DNA of 64,000 nt. Source: Eledone cirrhosa. Lineage: Eukaryota. The DNA lies in assembly GCA_964016885.1 (NCBI GenBank), contig OZ024741.1, positions 17,422,001 to 17,486,000 of the forward strand, given 5' to 3'. Shown here piece by piece: positions 1 to 9,000 of this stretch. The notes below the pieces were generated by a model that saw only the letters and a program-made list of their open reading frames with translations, did no database searches and was not told where the DNA came from. Made by a program: the position numbers and the translations under genes. Positions within the stretch are counted from its first letter, which is position 1, and each line of letters opens with the position of its first letter.

Positions 1-464
1 CAATCTTTTGGGCAGGGTAACACCAGGAGCCCGGATTTTACGTTTGGTGATTAGATTCACTTTTGCGCGTACCAGGCGGTGGTCCGTCCAGCACTCAGCT
101 CCACGAAGAACACGAACACACCGCACATCCTGTCTGTCACGCATCCTGACTAGGACGTAGTCCAAAAGATGCCATTCCTCAGATGCAGGATGCATCCATG
201 TGGTCTTGAATTTGTTCTTTTGTTGGAACATGGTGTTGGTAACACACAGATCCAGCTCCTCACACATCTGCAGCAAGAGCATACCATTGCTGTTACACTT
301 TCCCACCCCATGCCTTCCGATTACATTCCATGTGTTAAAATCCCTACCCACTCTAGCATTAAAGTCACCAAGCACGATGACTTTGTCTGCCTGAGGGATA
401 TTTCTTAAAACACCTTTCAAGGCATGGTAAAAGGACAGTTTTTCTTCATCGACAGAATTCATAG

Positions 465-465
<1 letters not shown>
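1..465 (-). mobile_element. RTE-clade LINE fragment: C-terminal half of the AP-endonuclease domain (continues off the window)
   Basis: Manual minus-strand translation from 465 is open to the window edge: TMNSVDEEKLSFYHALKGVLRNIPQADKVIVLGDFNARVG...GRHGVGKCNSNG...TNTMF...TTWMHP...HLLDYVLV...GAECWTDHRLV. It contains the GDFNA, LDY and TDH motifs of the LINE AP endonuclease with RTE/BovB-type spacing. It is absent from the ORF track because no stop occurs inside the window. Confidence 0.9.
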
Positions 466-495
<30 letters not shown>

Positions 496-525
496 CATAC
501 ATACATACATACATACATACATACA
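466..525. repeat. (CATA)n microsatellite
   Basis: Perfect tetranucleotide run of about 15 units. Confidence 0.97.
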
Positions 526-686
526 GCTCCCTAATTGATAGACTACAAATGGCTGCGATAGCTGGCACCTTCAAAATTTGCAAAACATTCTTGTGATTCA
601 AGAGATGACGATTTCTTTTCCTCTACAGCCTTGCCCCCAGGAAGGTGGCCGGTCAAAAATGTACTCGAAATTAAGAAGAAGAGAAG
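526..686 (+). mobile_element. Extreme 3' end (last codons plus 3' UTR) of an R4/Dong-like non-LTR retrotransposon
   Basis: 528-596 translates as SLIDRLQMAAIAGTFKICKTFL*, homologous to the C-terminus of the neighbouring element (LVRILQVQSINGTVKICKTFQKF). About 90 bp of UTR follows, then (CATA)n resumes. Confidence 0.7.
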
Positions 687-737
687 CATACATACATATA
701 CACATACATACATCCATACATACATACAAACATACAT
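687..737. repeat. Imperfect (CATA)n microsatellite
   Basis: catacatacatatacacatacatacatccatacatacatacaaacatacat. Confidence 0.92.
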
Positions 738-1616
738 CAAAAACTCACACCCAGGGATGTCGCTCAGCAGTATCGCAGTGAATCCATGGATGAAAAACTG
801 CATGCCTATCAACAAAATATCATGCATGGATATGTTGCCAGCAAGCTCCAAAGTGAGAGTAATATAGATAAGGAAAGTAGCCTATCTTGGACCAACAACC
901 GCTATATTGGCTCCCACTTTGAAGGATACGCTTTTGCATTCCAGGAACAGGAGATTAGCTCGAAATACCTGATTCACAAAAGAGATAGGGATGCAGGCAA
1001 AACACCTAGATGTGATAACAAGTGCAGACTCTGCAGAACTAACATCGAGGATATCACCCATGTCATCAGCAGCTGTCCAAAGATGTCATCGCGGTACTAT
1101 CTACCTATGAGGCATGATGTAGCGGCCAAAACACTGTACAATGCAGTTCGTAAAAAAGATAGCCCCGATAATAAACACATTAAAAGCTACAACAATGTGG
1201 AAGACATCCGTGTACATAATATGAAAGAGTACTGGTGGAATGTTCCAGTAAAAACCCCAATAAAATGCAGGCATAACGGACTAGATATTATGATATGGGA
1301 CAGGGAGAAGAAAGCATGCGCACTAGTGGAAATTAGCTGCCCAGCAGATACCAATATAATATCAAAGATTAGTGAAAAGGAGAACATTTATGCAGAACTG
1401 ATGTGAAATCTGCAGATACTCCACCCTGATTACACCTTCAGATTTATGCCTGTGATTATTGGGGAACTGGGATATGTTAGTAACTGCCTCAATACAAATA
1501 TTGAGAAGCTAGGCTTCACAGGAACAGAAAGAACACAACTAGTCAGGATATTACAAGTACAATCCATTAATGGAACAGTAAAAATATGTAAAACATTCCA
1601 AAAATTTTGCATCTAA
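738..1616 (+). mobile_element. 5'-truncated R4/Dong-like (restriction-like endonuclease) non-LTR retrotransposon, pseudogenised
   Basis: ORF 786-1406 has MHG, FQEQEI, a CCHC knuckle (CRLCRTNIEDITHVISSC), RHD, and a PD-(D/E)xK-like endonuclease (GLDIMIWD...VEISCP...EKENIY). The same frame continues past TGA at 1404-1406 (NLQILHPDYTFRFMPVIIGELG...GTVKICKTFQKFCI*) to TAA at 1614-1616. No RT core is present. Confidence 0.85.
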
Positions 1617-1619
1617 TAA

Positions 1620-1735
1620 CTGCATATACACATATACAGATGCAAACCATATACACATGCACACATACAACTCAAAACATACACATCCACACATACAATA
1701 ACATCCATATCTACACATGCATGCATACATACATA
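1620..1735. repeat. Degenerate (CATA)/(CA)-rich simple sequence (3' UTR or target repeat of the R4-like element)
   Basis: catatacacatatacag...cacatacaac...catgcatacatacata. Confidence 0.7.
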
Positions 1736-1739
1736 TTCC

Positions 1740-3588
1740 TTAGAGCGTCCTGAACGAAGGACCGCTCTTGTTGCAAAGGAGCTTCGACGTTACGATCTTG
1801 ACGTCGTGGCTTTATCTGAGACGAGGTTAGCTGGAGATGGTCATTTACAGAATTTTGTGGAGAATATACATTCTTCTGGAAAGGAAGAGATGAAGGAACC
1901 AGAAGAGAGGCTGGGGTAGGATTTGCTGTTAAGACTGTTCTTGTGAATAAATTAGAAGAATTCCCAGTAGGGATTAGTGAGCGTCTTATTCCATGAGAAT
2001 TCTGCTGGACAAAGGAAGATATGCGACCCTGGTGAGTGTGTATGCTCAAGGATGTAAAATCACGTGTTAGGCGGAGTCTTTCTCAGATGAAGGATCAGTG
2101 GTGGAGTGAGAAGGCTGGTAAGATACAAACTGCGTCAGATTCCAATAACACAAAGCTGTTGTACAGTCTCTTGCGTGAGGTTTATGAACCATCTTCTTCT
2201 CTGGTGACACCGCTTCGCAGCAAAGATGGCAAAGAACTTATTCGTGACTCACAAGGAATTCTACGAAGGTGGCGAGAGCACTTTGATGATCTTTTGAATC
2301 AGCCGTCTGTCGTCAGTGAAGATTATCTCAATCTCATTCCAGAAAGTTCTGTGAAAGTAGCTCTCACAGAACCTCCGACGCTTGTGGAGGTTGCAGTGGC
2401 TATTTCGAAGTTGAACAGTGGAAGGTCTCCAGATATGGATGGCATACATGCTGAACTCCTACAATATGGTGGTGAGAGACTCCTGCAACATCTTCACTCT
2501 TTGTTTGGCAGGATATGGGCTAATGAATCCGTACCTGAGGACTGGAGAGATGCAGTAATGGTGGTCTTGTACAAGGGAAAGGGTAACAGGAATGATTGTG
2601 GGAACTACAGAGGTATATCATTGCTTTCTGCGTAGGGAACGTTTTATGTAGGGTGCTTCTGGACCGTCTGCTGACAGACATTTCAGATTGTGTTCTTCCT
2701 GAAAGTCAATCTGGTTTTCGTGCTGGACGCGGCACTACTGATATGATCTTCTCAGCTAGACAGCTCCAGGAGAAGTGCATGGAACAAGGTTTGGATCTGT
2801 ATCAGGTTTTTGTCGATCTGACAAAAGCTTTCGATACTGTTAACAGAGATGCATTATGGAAGGTTCTCCAGAGACTTGGTTGCCCTGATAAGTTCAGTGA
2901 TGTCGAGATTTTGGAAAGCTCTATGTGTGACAGTATAGAAGCTCTTGTGCTTAAGCAACGACTCCGTTGGAGTGGTCACCTTGCCAGGATGAAGGATTCT
3001 AGAATACCAAAACAACTCTTTTATGGAGAGTTAGTTAAAGGAAAACGACCGCCACATAAACCAAAAAAGAGGTATAAGGATTCCTTGAAAGCCTCTTTGA
3101 AAAACGCTAACATCTCTGCTGATACATTGGAAAATATTGCTGCTGATCGTAATAAATGGAGAAAGACTGTATATGAGGGAAAAGTTGCCTTTGAGGCATC
3201 TCGAATCGCATACGAGAAAGTAAAGCAGGATGTGAGGAAGGTCATTGCTGTTGCACTTCCAGACGGCGGGGGTCCTCCTATGGTGCTGACATGCAGCGTC
3301 TGTGCGAGACTCTGCCTAAGCAAAGCTGGACTCGAAAGTCATCTTCGCAGTCATAAAGTAAGACCAGTGGTTGACTACCAGGCTGCTGTTGGAGATGCTA
3401 CTCATCATGCTTGCCAAACATGTGGTAGAGAATGTAAATCAGCAGGAGGGCTCAAGCGACATGCAAAAGTACATGAACTCCAACCACAGTCGACTATTCC
3501 CAGTGAATGTTTTGGTTGCCGACTCTGTGCAAGACATTTTAGATCATTGGCTGGGCTAAAAAGCCACATTCGATCGCAGCACTGTTAG
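1740..3588 (+). mobile_element. RTE-clade LINE, pseudogenised, with frameshifts and two large internal deletions; C-terminal C2H2 zinc fingers retained
   Basis: 1743-2047 is the endonuclease N-terminus (ERPERRTALVAKELRRYDLDVVALSETRL / GEYTFFWKG...AGVGFAV / ...ATLVSVYA) with frameshifts near 1855 and 1990. It jumps at about 2047 to the linker (RWREHFDDLLN) and RT N-terminus (WRDAVMVVLYKGKG...CGNYRGISLLS, frameshift at about 2632, ESQSGFRAGRGTTDMIF, FVDLTKAFDTVNR). It jumps again at about 2895 to the RTE C-terminus (RLRWSGHLARM...PKQLFYGEL) and three C2H2 fingers at 3292-3585. Stop at 3586-3588. Confidence 0.92.
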
Positions 3589-3596
3589 TTGCTATC

Positions 3597-3661
3597 GTGT
3601 GTGTGTATAGATATGTTTATGTGCGTGCGCGTGTGTGTATATATATATGTATATGTATATT
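3597..3661. repeat. (GT)n/(AT)n compound microsatellite
   Basis: Alternating purine-pyrimidine runs directly after the RTE stop codon. Confidence 0.85.
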
Positions 3662-3678
3662 ATTATTGTTGTTGTCGT

Positions 3679-4192
3679 AGCCCCCTTCCTTTAGCCGGGA
3701 AGGGCAGGCAGTTTTTATCTGTCTGGTGGCCATGGCGAAAGAGATAGTATGGTGGACACGTTTGAAAGGGCTGAAGACGAGCACTTACCTCTTCGGTGAT
3801 GCCCTGATTAACTTTTTCAAATTTCACTTGAAAAGGAAAATCAGGGTAGAGAGGGAAGTGCTCTCTTCCCAGCATTTTGTTGAAAGATGGGTGAGAGAAG
3901 CAAGTATGGCCCGAATGAATGGGCCTTCTCTGAGTATGTGTCTGTAAATTAAAGGTGGAAAACTGGGAGAGGGCACTTGCCCTGGTGGTCAGGGCCACTG
4001 TGGTCTTTTAATGGGCTTTCTTCACAAATGTCCCTCGGAAGTCTCCCCCCCCATTGGGGAATTTTTCTTTGTTATTTTTATTTCATCCTCTGTTTTTTTA
4101 CACGCAGAAATGCCCATTTGTACCGTCCTGTATTGTCCTGTACTGTCCTTAATGTCTACTTTATGTAAACCCTTGTGGTTAATAAAGAAAAC
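3679..4192 (+). mobile_element. 5'-truncated Tx1/L1-like LINE 3' end with a 17-bp target-site duplication
   Basis: The frame ending at 3947 (...CLVAMAKEIVWWTRLK...FKFHLKRKIRVEREVLSSQHFVERW...*) resembles the Tx1/L1 ORF2 C-terminus (AK..W..R and E...F...W pattern). A T-rich 3' UTR ends in AATAAAGAAAA (4181-4191). Identical ATTATTGTTGTTGTCGT flanks it at 3662-3678 and 4193-4209. Confidence 0.72.
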
Positions 4193-4317
4193 ATTATTGT
4201 TGTTGTCGTTATTATTATTATTGTTATTATTATTATTATTATTGTTATTAATGTATATGTGTGTATGTATATATATATGTGTGTATATATGTATATGTAT
4301 GTATGTGTGTGTGTAAA

Positions 4318-4360
<43 letters not shown>
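4193..4360. repeat. (ATT)n plus (TA)n/(TG)n compound microsatellite
   Basis: Direct inspection. Confidence 0.93.
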
Positions 4361-4361
<1 letters not shown>

Positions 4362-4463
4362 GTAGATAAATCTACATATATATATAACGAAGGAAATGTG
4401 GTAAGGAACCAGGTGGACCATAACGCACCAAAATACTCAATACTTAGGGTAGTAGAATGGGTA

Positions 4464-4588
4464 ATAGGAACGAGTAGGACGCCGACGGCTGAGCTCAAGC
4501 CGTTTCGACGGCTAATTCTGGACGGCTAATTCTGGACAGAATTAGCCGTCGAAACGGCTTGAGCTCAGCCGTCGGGGTCCTACTCGTT

Positions 4589-4593
<5 letters not shown>
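4464..4593. repeat. Near-perfect inverted repeat (57-bp arms, 16-nt spacer)
   Basis: 4464-4520 is the reverse complement of 4537-4593 with one mismatch. The spacer contains a 14-bp tandem copy (GACGGCTAATTCTG) of the end of the left arm. Confidence 0.93.
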
Positions 4594-4641
<48 letters not shown>

Positions 4642-4690
4642 TTATTTTTTATTTTATTTATTTATTTATTTATTCTATTTATTTTTTTCC
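4591..4690. repeat. (TA)n followed by a (TTTA)n-like tract
   Basis: Direct inspection. Confidence 0.93.
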
Positions 4691-4729
4691 TCGTGCAATG
4701 GCCATACTCGATAACGAGGGGGCAGCCAT
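4691..4729 (+). repeat. 39-bp direct repeat, copy 1 (RTE-like 3' terminal stem-loop)
   Basis: TCGTGCAATGGCCATACTCGATAACGAGGGGGCAGCCAT is identical to 5008-5046. It has an internal CTCG-ATAA-CGAG hairpin and is followed by a short simple-repeat tail. Confidence 0.85.
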
Positions 4730-4740
4730 GATGTATGTAT

Positions 4741-5061
4741 GTCCTTCACTCCCATGTGAAGGACCCCTAGCCTTTCTCGGGGCATTCTTCTAGGAGAAGG
4801 CAACTCAGGAAACTGGGATAACTCCGATATAAAACCTGCGGCTCAGTAGTTACCGATGATGTTGATCTTTTCTTCTTTTCGGGTTATAGCTACTGTCGCT
4901 CAGAGAGTGGGATTGGCTCAGTGCACAGTCTTTCCTCACTTTAAAAAATATCTTCATGCACAGGTATTGCACGATAGAATCAATTAATTATTATTAATAA
5001 TGGTATATCGTGCAATGGCCATACTCGATAACGAGGGGGCAGCCATCATCATCATCATCAT
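4741..5061 (+). mobile_element. Probable RTE-derived non-autonomous (bipartite 5' UTR plus 3' tail) element
   Basis: The non-coding body has RTE-5'-UTR-like stretches (GGAGAAGGCAACTC...TAAAACC; CACTTTAAAAA...GCACAGG) and ends in the 39-bp stem-loop and a (CAT)n tail. The family assignment comes from recalled similarity, not a search. Confidence 0.45.
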
Positions 5062-5160
5062 GTATGTGTGTATGTAAGTATGTGTGTATTGTGTGTATGT
5101 ATGTATGTACATATGTATGTATGTGTGTATGTATGCGTGTATGTATGCGTGTATGTATAG
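5044..5160. repeat. (CAT)n then degenerate (TGTA)n microsatellite
   Basis: Direct inspection. Confidence 0.9.
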
Positions 5161-5500
5161 ATGGTAGACTTAATCCATTGCAAAGTGTAACACCACCACA
5201 TGGTCAGCTTCGTTGTAAGTATTGAAAACCTGATCGTTTCTTTCATAAGGTTGACTAGGTGACCCTCAAGAACTAGTAACCCTGCAAAATCTAGGGATTC
5301 AACAGGGAAGCCCCACAGCGACAAGGGGCTCATGACTTTTTTATTTTTTTCCTGATACATTGTTAACAGATTGATGTGCAACAGTGGGTTGATATGTCTG
5401 AAAGTGGTTTTCTCTTTGATATAGCTTCCCTTCCTCCGGAGGCTCTGTAAAGGGCCATGGCTCTGCTATTCTTGCCATGATAAAATAGCAAATATATAAA

Positions 5501-5842
5501 TACGAGGGTGGGTTGAAAAGTTCATTAGCTGACTTTGAAAGATGATGCTAGGGCTGTGAAATCTTACATGCATTAATTTCAACTCCTCTTATTAATAACT
5601 GCATTGTTTCTTTCCGAGATTATGTCGAAAAATAAGCCTCATTCGGTCATTCCATGAGAGTATCTTGGTCAGCCTATGAAGGGGTGATGCTAGAGCTGTG
5701 AAATCTTACATGCATTAATTTCAACTCCTCTCATTAATAACTGCATTGTTTCTTTCCAAGACTATGTCGAAAAATAAGCCTCATTCGGTCATTCCATGAG
5801 GGTATCTTGGTCAGCCTATGAACTTTTCAGTCGACTTTCGTA
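5501..5842. mobile_element. Tc1/mariner-type MITE with an internal 138-bp tandem duplication
   Basis: The left end TACGAGGGTGGGTTGAAAAGTTCATTAGCTGAC matches the reverse complement of the right end, TACGAAAGTCGACTGAAAAGTTCATAGGCTGAC, at 26 of 33 positions. TA lies at both ends. Internal copies are at 5543-5680 and 5685-5822. No transposase ORF. Confidence 0.8.
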
Positions 5843-5887
5843 AATAAAGACAATAAACTACGGCTGTCAAAGCAGATTGGGAGAGGT

Positions 5888-6079
5888 AATAATTGTTTCT
5901 ACTTTTTTTGCACAAGGCCAGCAATTATCCCAGTGCATTACTGGTACTTTATTTTATCGACCCTGTAAGGATGAAAGGCAAAGTTAACCGGGATTTGAAC
6001 TCAGTCCGTAAAGGGCCGTAACTATGCTGCAAGGCATGGCGTCAGACCCTCTACTGATACTACCAATCTACCACCCTAA
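5888..6079 (-). mobile_element. tRNA-derived SINE (octopus-type, Meta-like central domain); its 5' head is monomer 1 of the satellite
   Basis: The minus strand reads: head with A-box-like TGGTAGTATCAG (6065-6054), B-box GAGTTCAAATCC (6002-5991), central TTTGCCTTTCATCCTTACAGGGTCGATAAAATAAAGTACCAG, then tail CCTTGTGCAAAAAAAGTAGAAACAATTATTA. The family name is from recalled similarity. Confidence 0.8.
5991..6002 (-). promoter_or_regulatory. RNA polymerase III B-box
   Basis: GAGTTCAAATCC on the minus strand matches the GTTCRANNC consensus and lies about 50 bp downstream of the A-box-like motif. Confidence 0.75.
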
Positions 6080-9000
6080 CATGGCGTCAGAGCCTCCACC
6101 GATACTACCAATCCACCACCCTAATATGGCGTCAGATCCTCTACAGATACTACCAATCCACCACCCTAATATGGCGTCAGACCCTCTACCGATACTACCA
6201 ATCCACCACCCTAATATGGCGTCAGACCCTCTACAGATACTACCAATCCACCACCCTAATATGGCGTCAGACGCTCTACCGATACTACCAATCCACCACC
6301 CTAACATGGCGTCAGACCCTCTACCGATTCTGCCAATCCACCACCCTAACATGGCGTCAGACCCTCTACCGATACTGCCAATCCACCACCCTAACATCGC
6401 GTCCTACCCTCCACCGATACTGCCAATCCACCACCCTAGCATGGCGTCAGACCCTCCAACGATACTACCAATCCACCACCCTAATATGGCGTCAGACCCT
6501 CTACCGATACTACCAATCCACCATCCTAGCATGGCATCAGACCCTCCACCGATACTACCAATCCACCACCCTAATATGGCGTCAGACCCTCTACCGATAC
6601 TACCAATCCACCACCCTAGCATGGCGTCAGACCCTCCACCGATACTACCAATCCACCACCCTAATATGGCGTCAGACCCTCTACAGATACTACCAATCCA
6701 CCACCCTAACATCGCGTCCTACCCTCCACCGATAGTGCCAATCCACCACCCTAAGATAGCGTCAGACCTCTACCGATACTGCCAATCCACCAACCTAACA
6801 TGGCATCAGACCCTCCACCGATACTACCAATCCACGAACCTAACATGGCGTCAGACCCTCCACCGATACTACCAATCCACCACCCTAACATGGCGTCCTA
6901 CCCTCCACCGATACTGCCAATCTACCACCCTAGCATGGCTTCAGACCCTCCACCGATACTACCAATCCACCACCCTAACATGGCGTCAGACCCTCTACCG
7001 ATACTACCAATCCACCACACTAGCATGGCGTCCGACTCTCTACCGATACTGCCAATCCACCACCCTAGCATGGTGTCCGACCCTCTACCGATACTACCAA
7101 TCCACCAACCTAGCATGGCGTCAGACCCTCCACCGATACTACCAATCCACCACCCTAACATGGCGTCAGACCCTCTACCGATACTACCAATGCACCACCC
7201 TAACAAGGCGTCCGACCCTCTACCGATACTACCAATCAACCACCCTAACATGGCGTCAGACCCTCCACCGATACTACCAATCCACCACCCTAGCATGGCG
7301 TCCAACCCTCTACCGATACTGCCAGTCAACCACCCTAACATGGCGTCCAACCCTCTACCGATACGGCCAATCAACCACCCTAACATGGCGTCAGACCCTC
7401 CACCGATACTACCAATCCGCCACCCTAGCATGGCGTCCAAATCTCTACCGATACTACCAATCCACCACCCTAACATGGCGTCCAACCCTCTACCGATACT
7501 ACCAATCCACCACCCTAGCATGGCGTCCAACCCTCTACCGATACTGCCAATCCACCACCCTAGCAAGGCGTCCAACCCTCTACCGATACTACCAATCCAC
7601 CACCCTAGCATGGCATCCGACCCTCCACCGATACTGCCAATCCACCACCCTAACATGGCGTCAGACCCTCTACCGATACTGTCAATCCACCACCCTAACA
7701 TGGCGTCAGACCCTCTACCGATACTACCAATCCACCACCCTAACATGGCGTCAGACCCTCTACCGATACTGCAAATCCACCACGCTAACATGGCGTCAGA
7801 CCCTCTACCGATACTGTCTATCCACCACCCTAACATGGCGTCAGACCCTCTACCGATACTGCAAATCCACCACCCTAACATGGCGTCAGACCCTCTCTCG
7901 ATACTGCCAATCCACCACCCTACCATGGCGTCAGACCCTCTACCGATACTGTCAATCCACCACCCTAACATGGCGTCAGACCCTCCACCGATACTGCCAA
8001 TCCACCACCCTAACATGGCATCAGACCCTCCACCGATACTGCCAATCCACCACCCTAACATGGCGTCAGACCCTCCACCGATACTGCCAATCCACAACCC
8101 TAACATGGCATCAGCCCCTCCACCGATACTGCCAATCCACCACCCTAACATGGCGTCCGACCCTCTACCGATACTACCTATCCACCACCCTAACATGGCG
8201 TCAGACCCTCCACCGATACTGCCAATCCACCACCCTAACATGGCATCAGACCCTCTACCGATACTGCCAATCCACCACCCTAACATGGCGTCAGACCCTC
8301 TACCGAAACTACCAATCAACCACCCTAACATGGCGTCCTACACTCCACCGATACTGTCAATCCACCACCCTAACATGGCATCAGACCCTCTACCGATACT
8401 GCCAATCCACCACCCTAACATAGCGTCTGAACCTCTACCACCCTAACATAGCGTCCTACCCTCCACCGATACTGCCAATCCACCACCCTAACATGGCGTC
8501 TGACCCTCTACCGATACTACCAATCCACCACCCTAACATGGCGTCCAACCCTCTACCGATACTACCAATCCACCACCCTAACATGGCGTCAGACCCTCTA
8601 CCGATACTGCCAATCCACCACCCTAGCATGGCGTCCAACCCTCTACCGATACTACCAATCCACCACCCTAACATGGCGTCCTACCCTCTACCGATACTAC
8701 CAATCCACCACCCTAGCATGGCGTCCAACCCTCTACCGATACTACCAATCCACCACCCTAACATGGCGTCCGACTCTCTACCGATACTACCAATCCACCA
8801 CCCTAGCATGGCGTCCGACCCTCTACCGATACTACCAATCCACCACACTAGCATGGCGTCCGACCCTCTACCGATACTACCAATCCACCACCCTAACATG
8901 GCGTCAGACCCTCTACCGATACTACCAATCCGCCACCCTAACATGGCGTCAGACCCTCTACCGATACTACCAATCCACTACCCTAATATGGCGTCTGACC

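Noticed and set aside
169-408. Plus-strand ORFs of 79 and 64 aa
   Set aside because: They are antisense shadows of the minus-strand RTE endonuclease frame.
4011-4498. ORFs with poly-L, poly-N, poly-I and YI runs (also 543-867 and 5010-5225)
   Set aside because: These are translations of microsatellites.
5058-5480. Minus-strand 107-aa ORF and unique-looking sequence at 5160-5480
   Set aside because: No recognisable motif, the ORF ends in a microsatellite, and other frames have stops. It is probably an unidentified repeat fragment and cannot be called.
5985-6079. Functional tRNA gene or tRNA gene array
   Set aside because: A- and B-box-like motifs are present, but no convincing cloverleaf is seen, the sequence continues into a SINE core, and array monomers lack a B-box.
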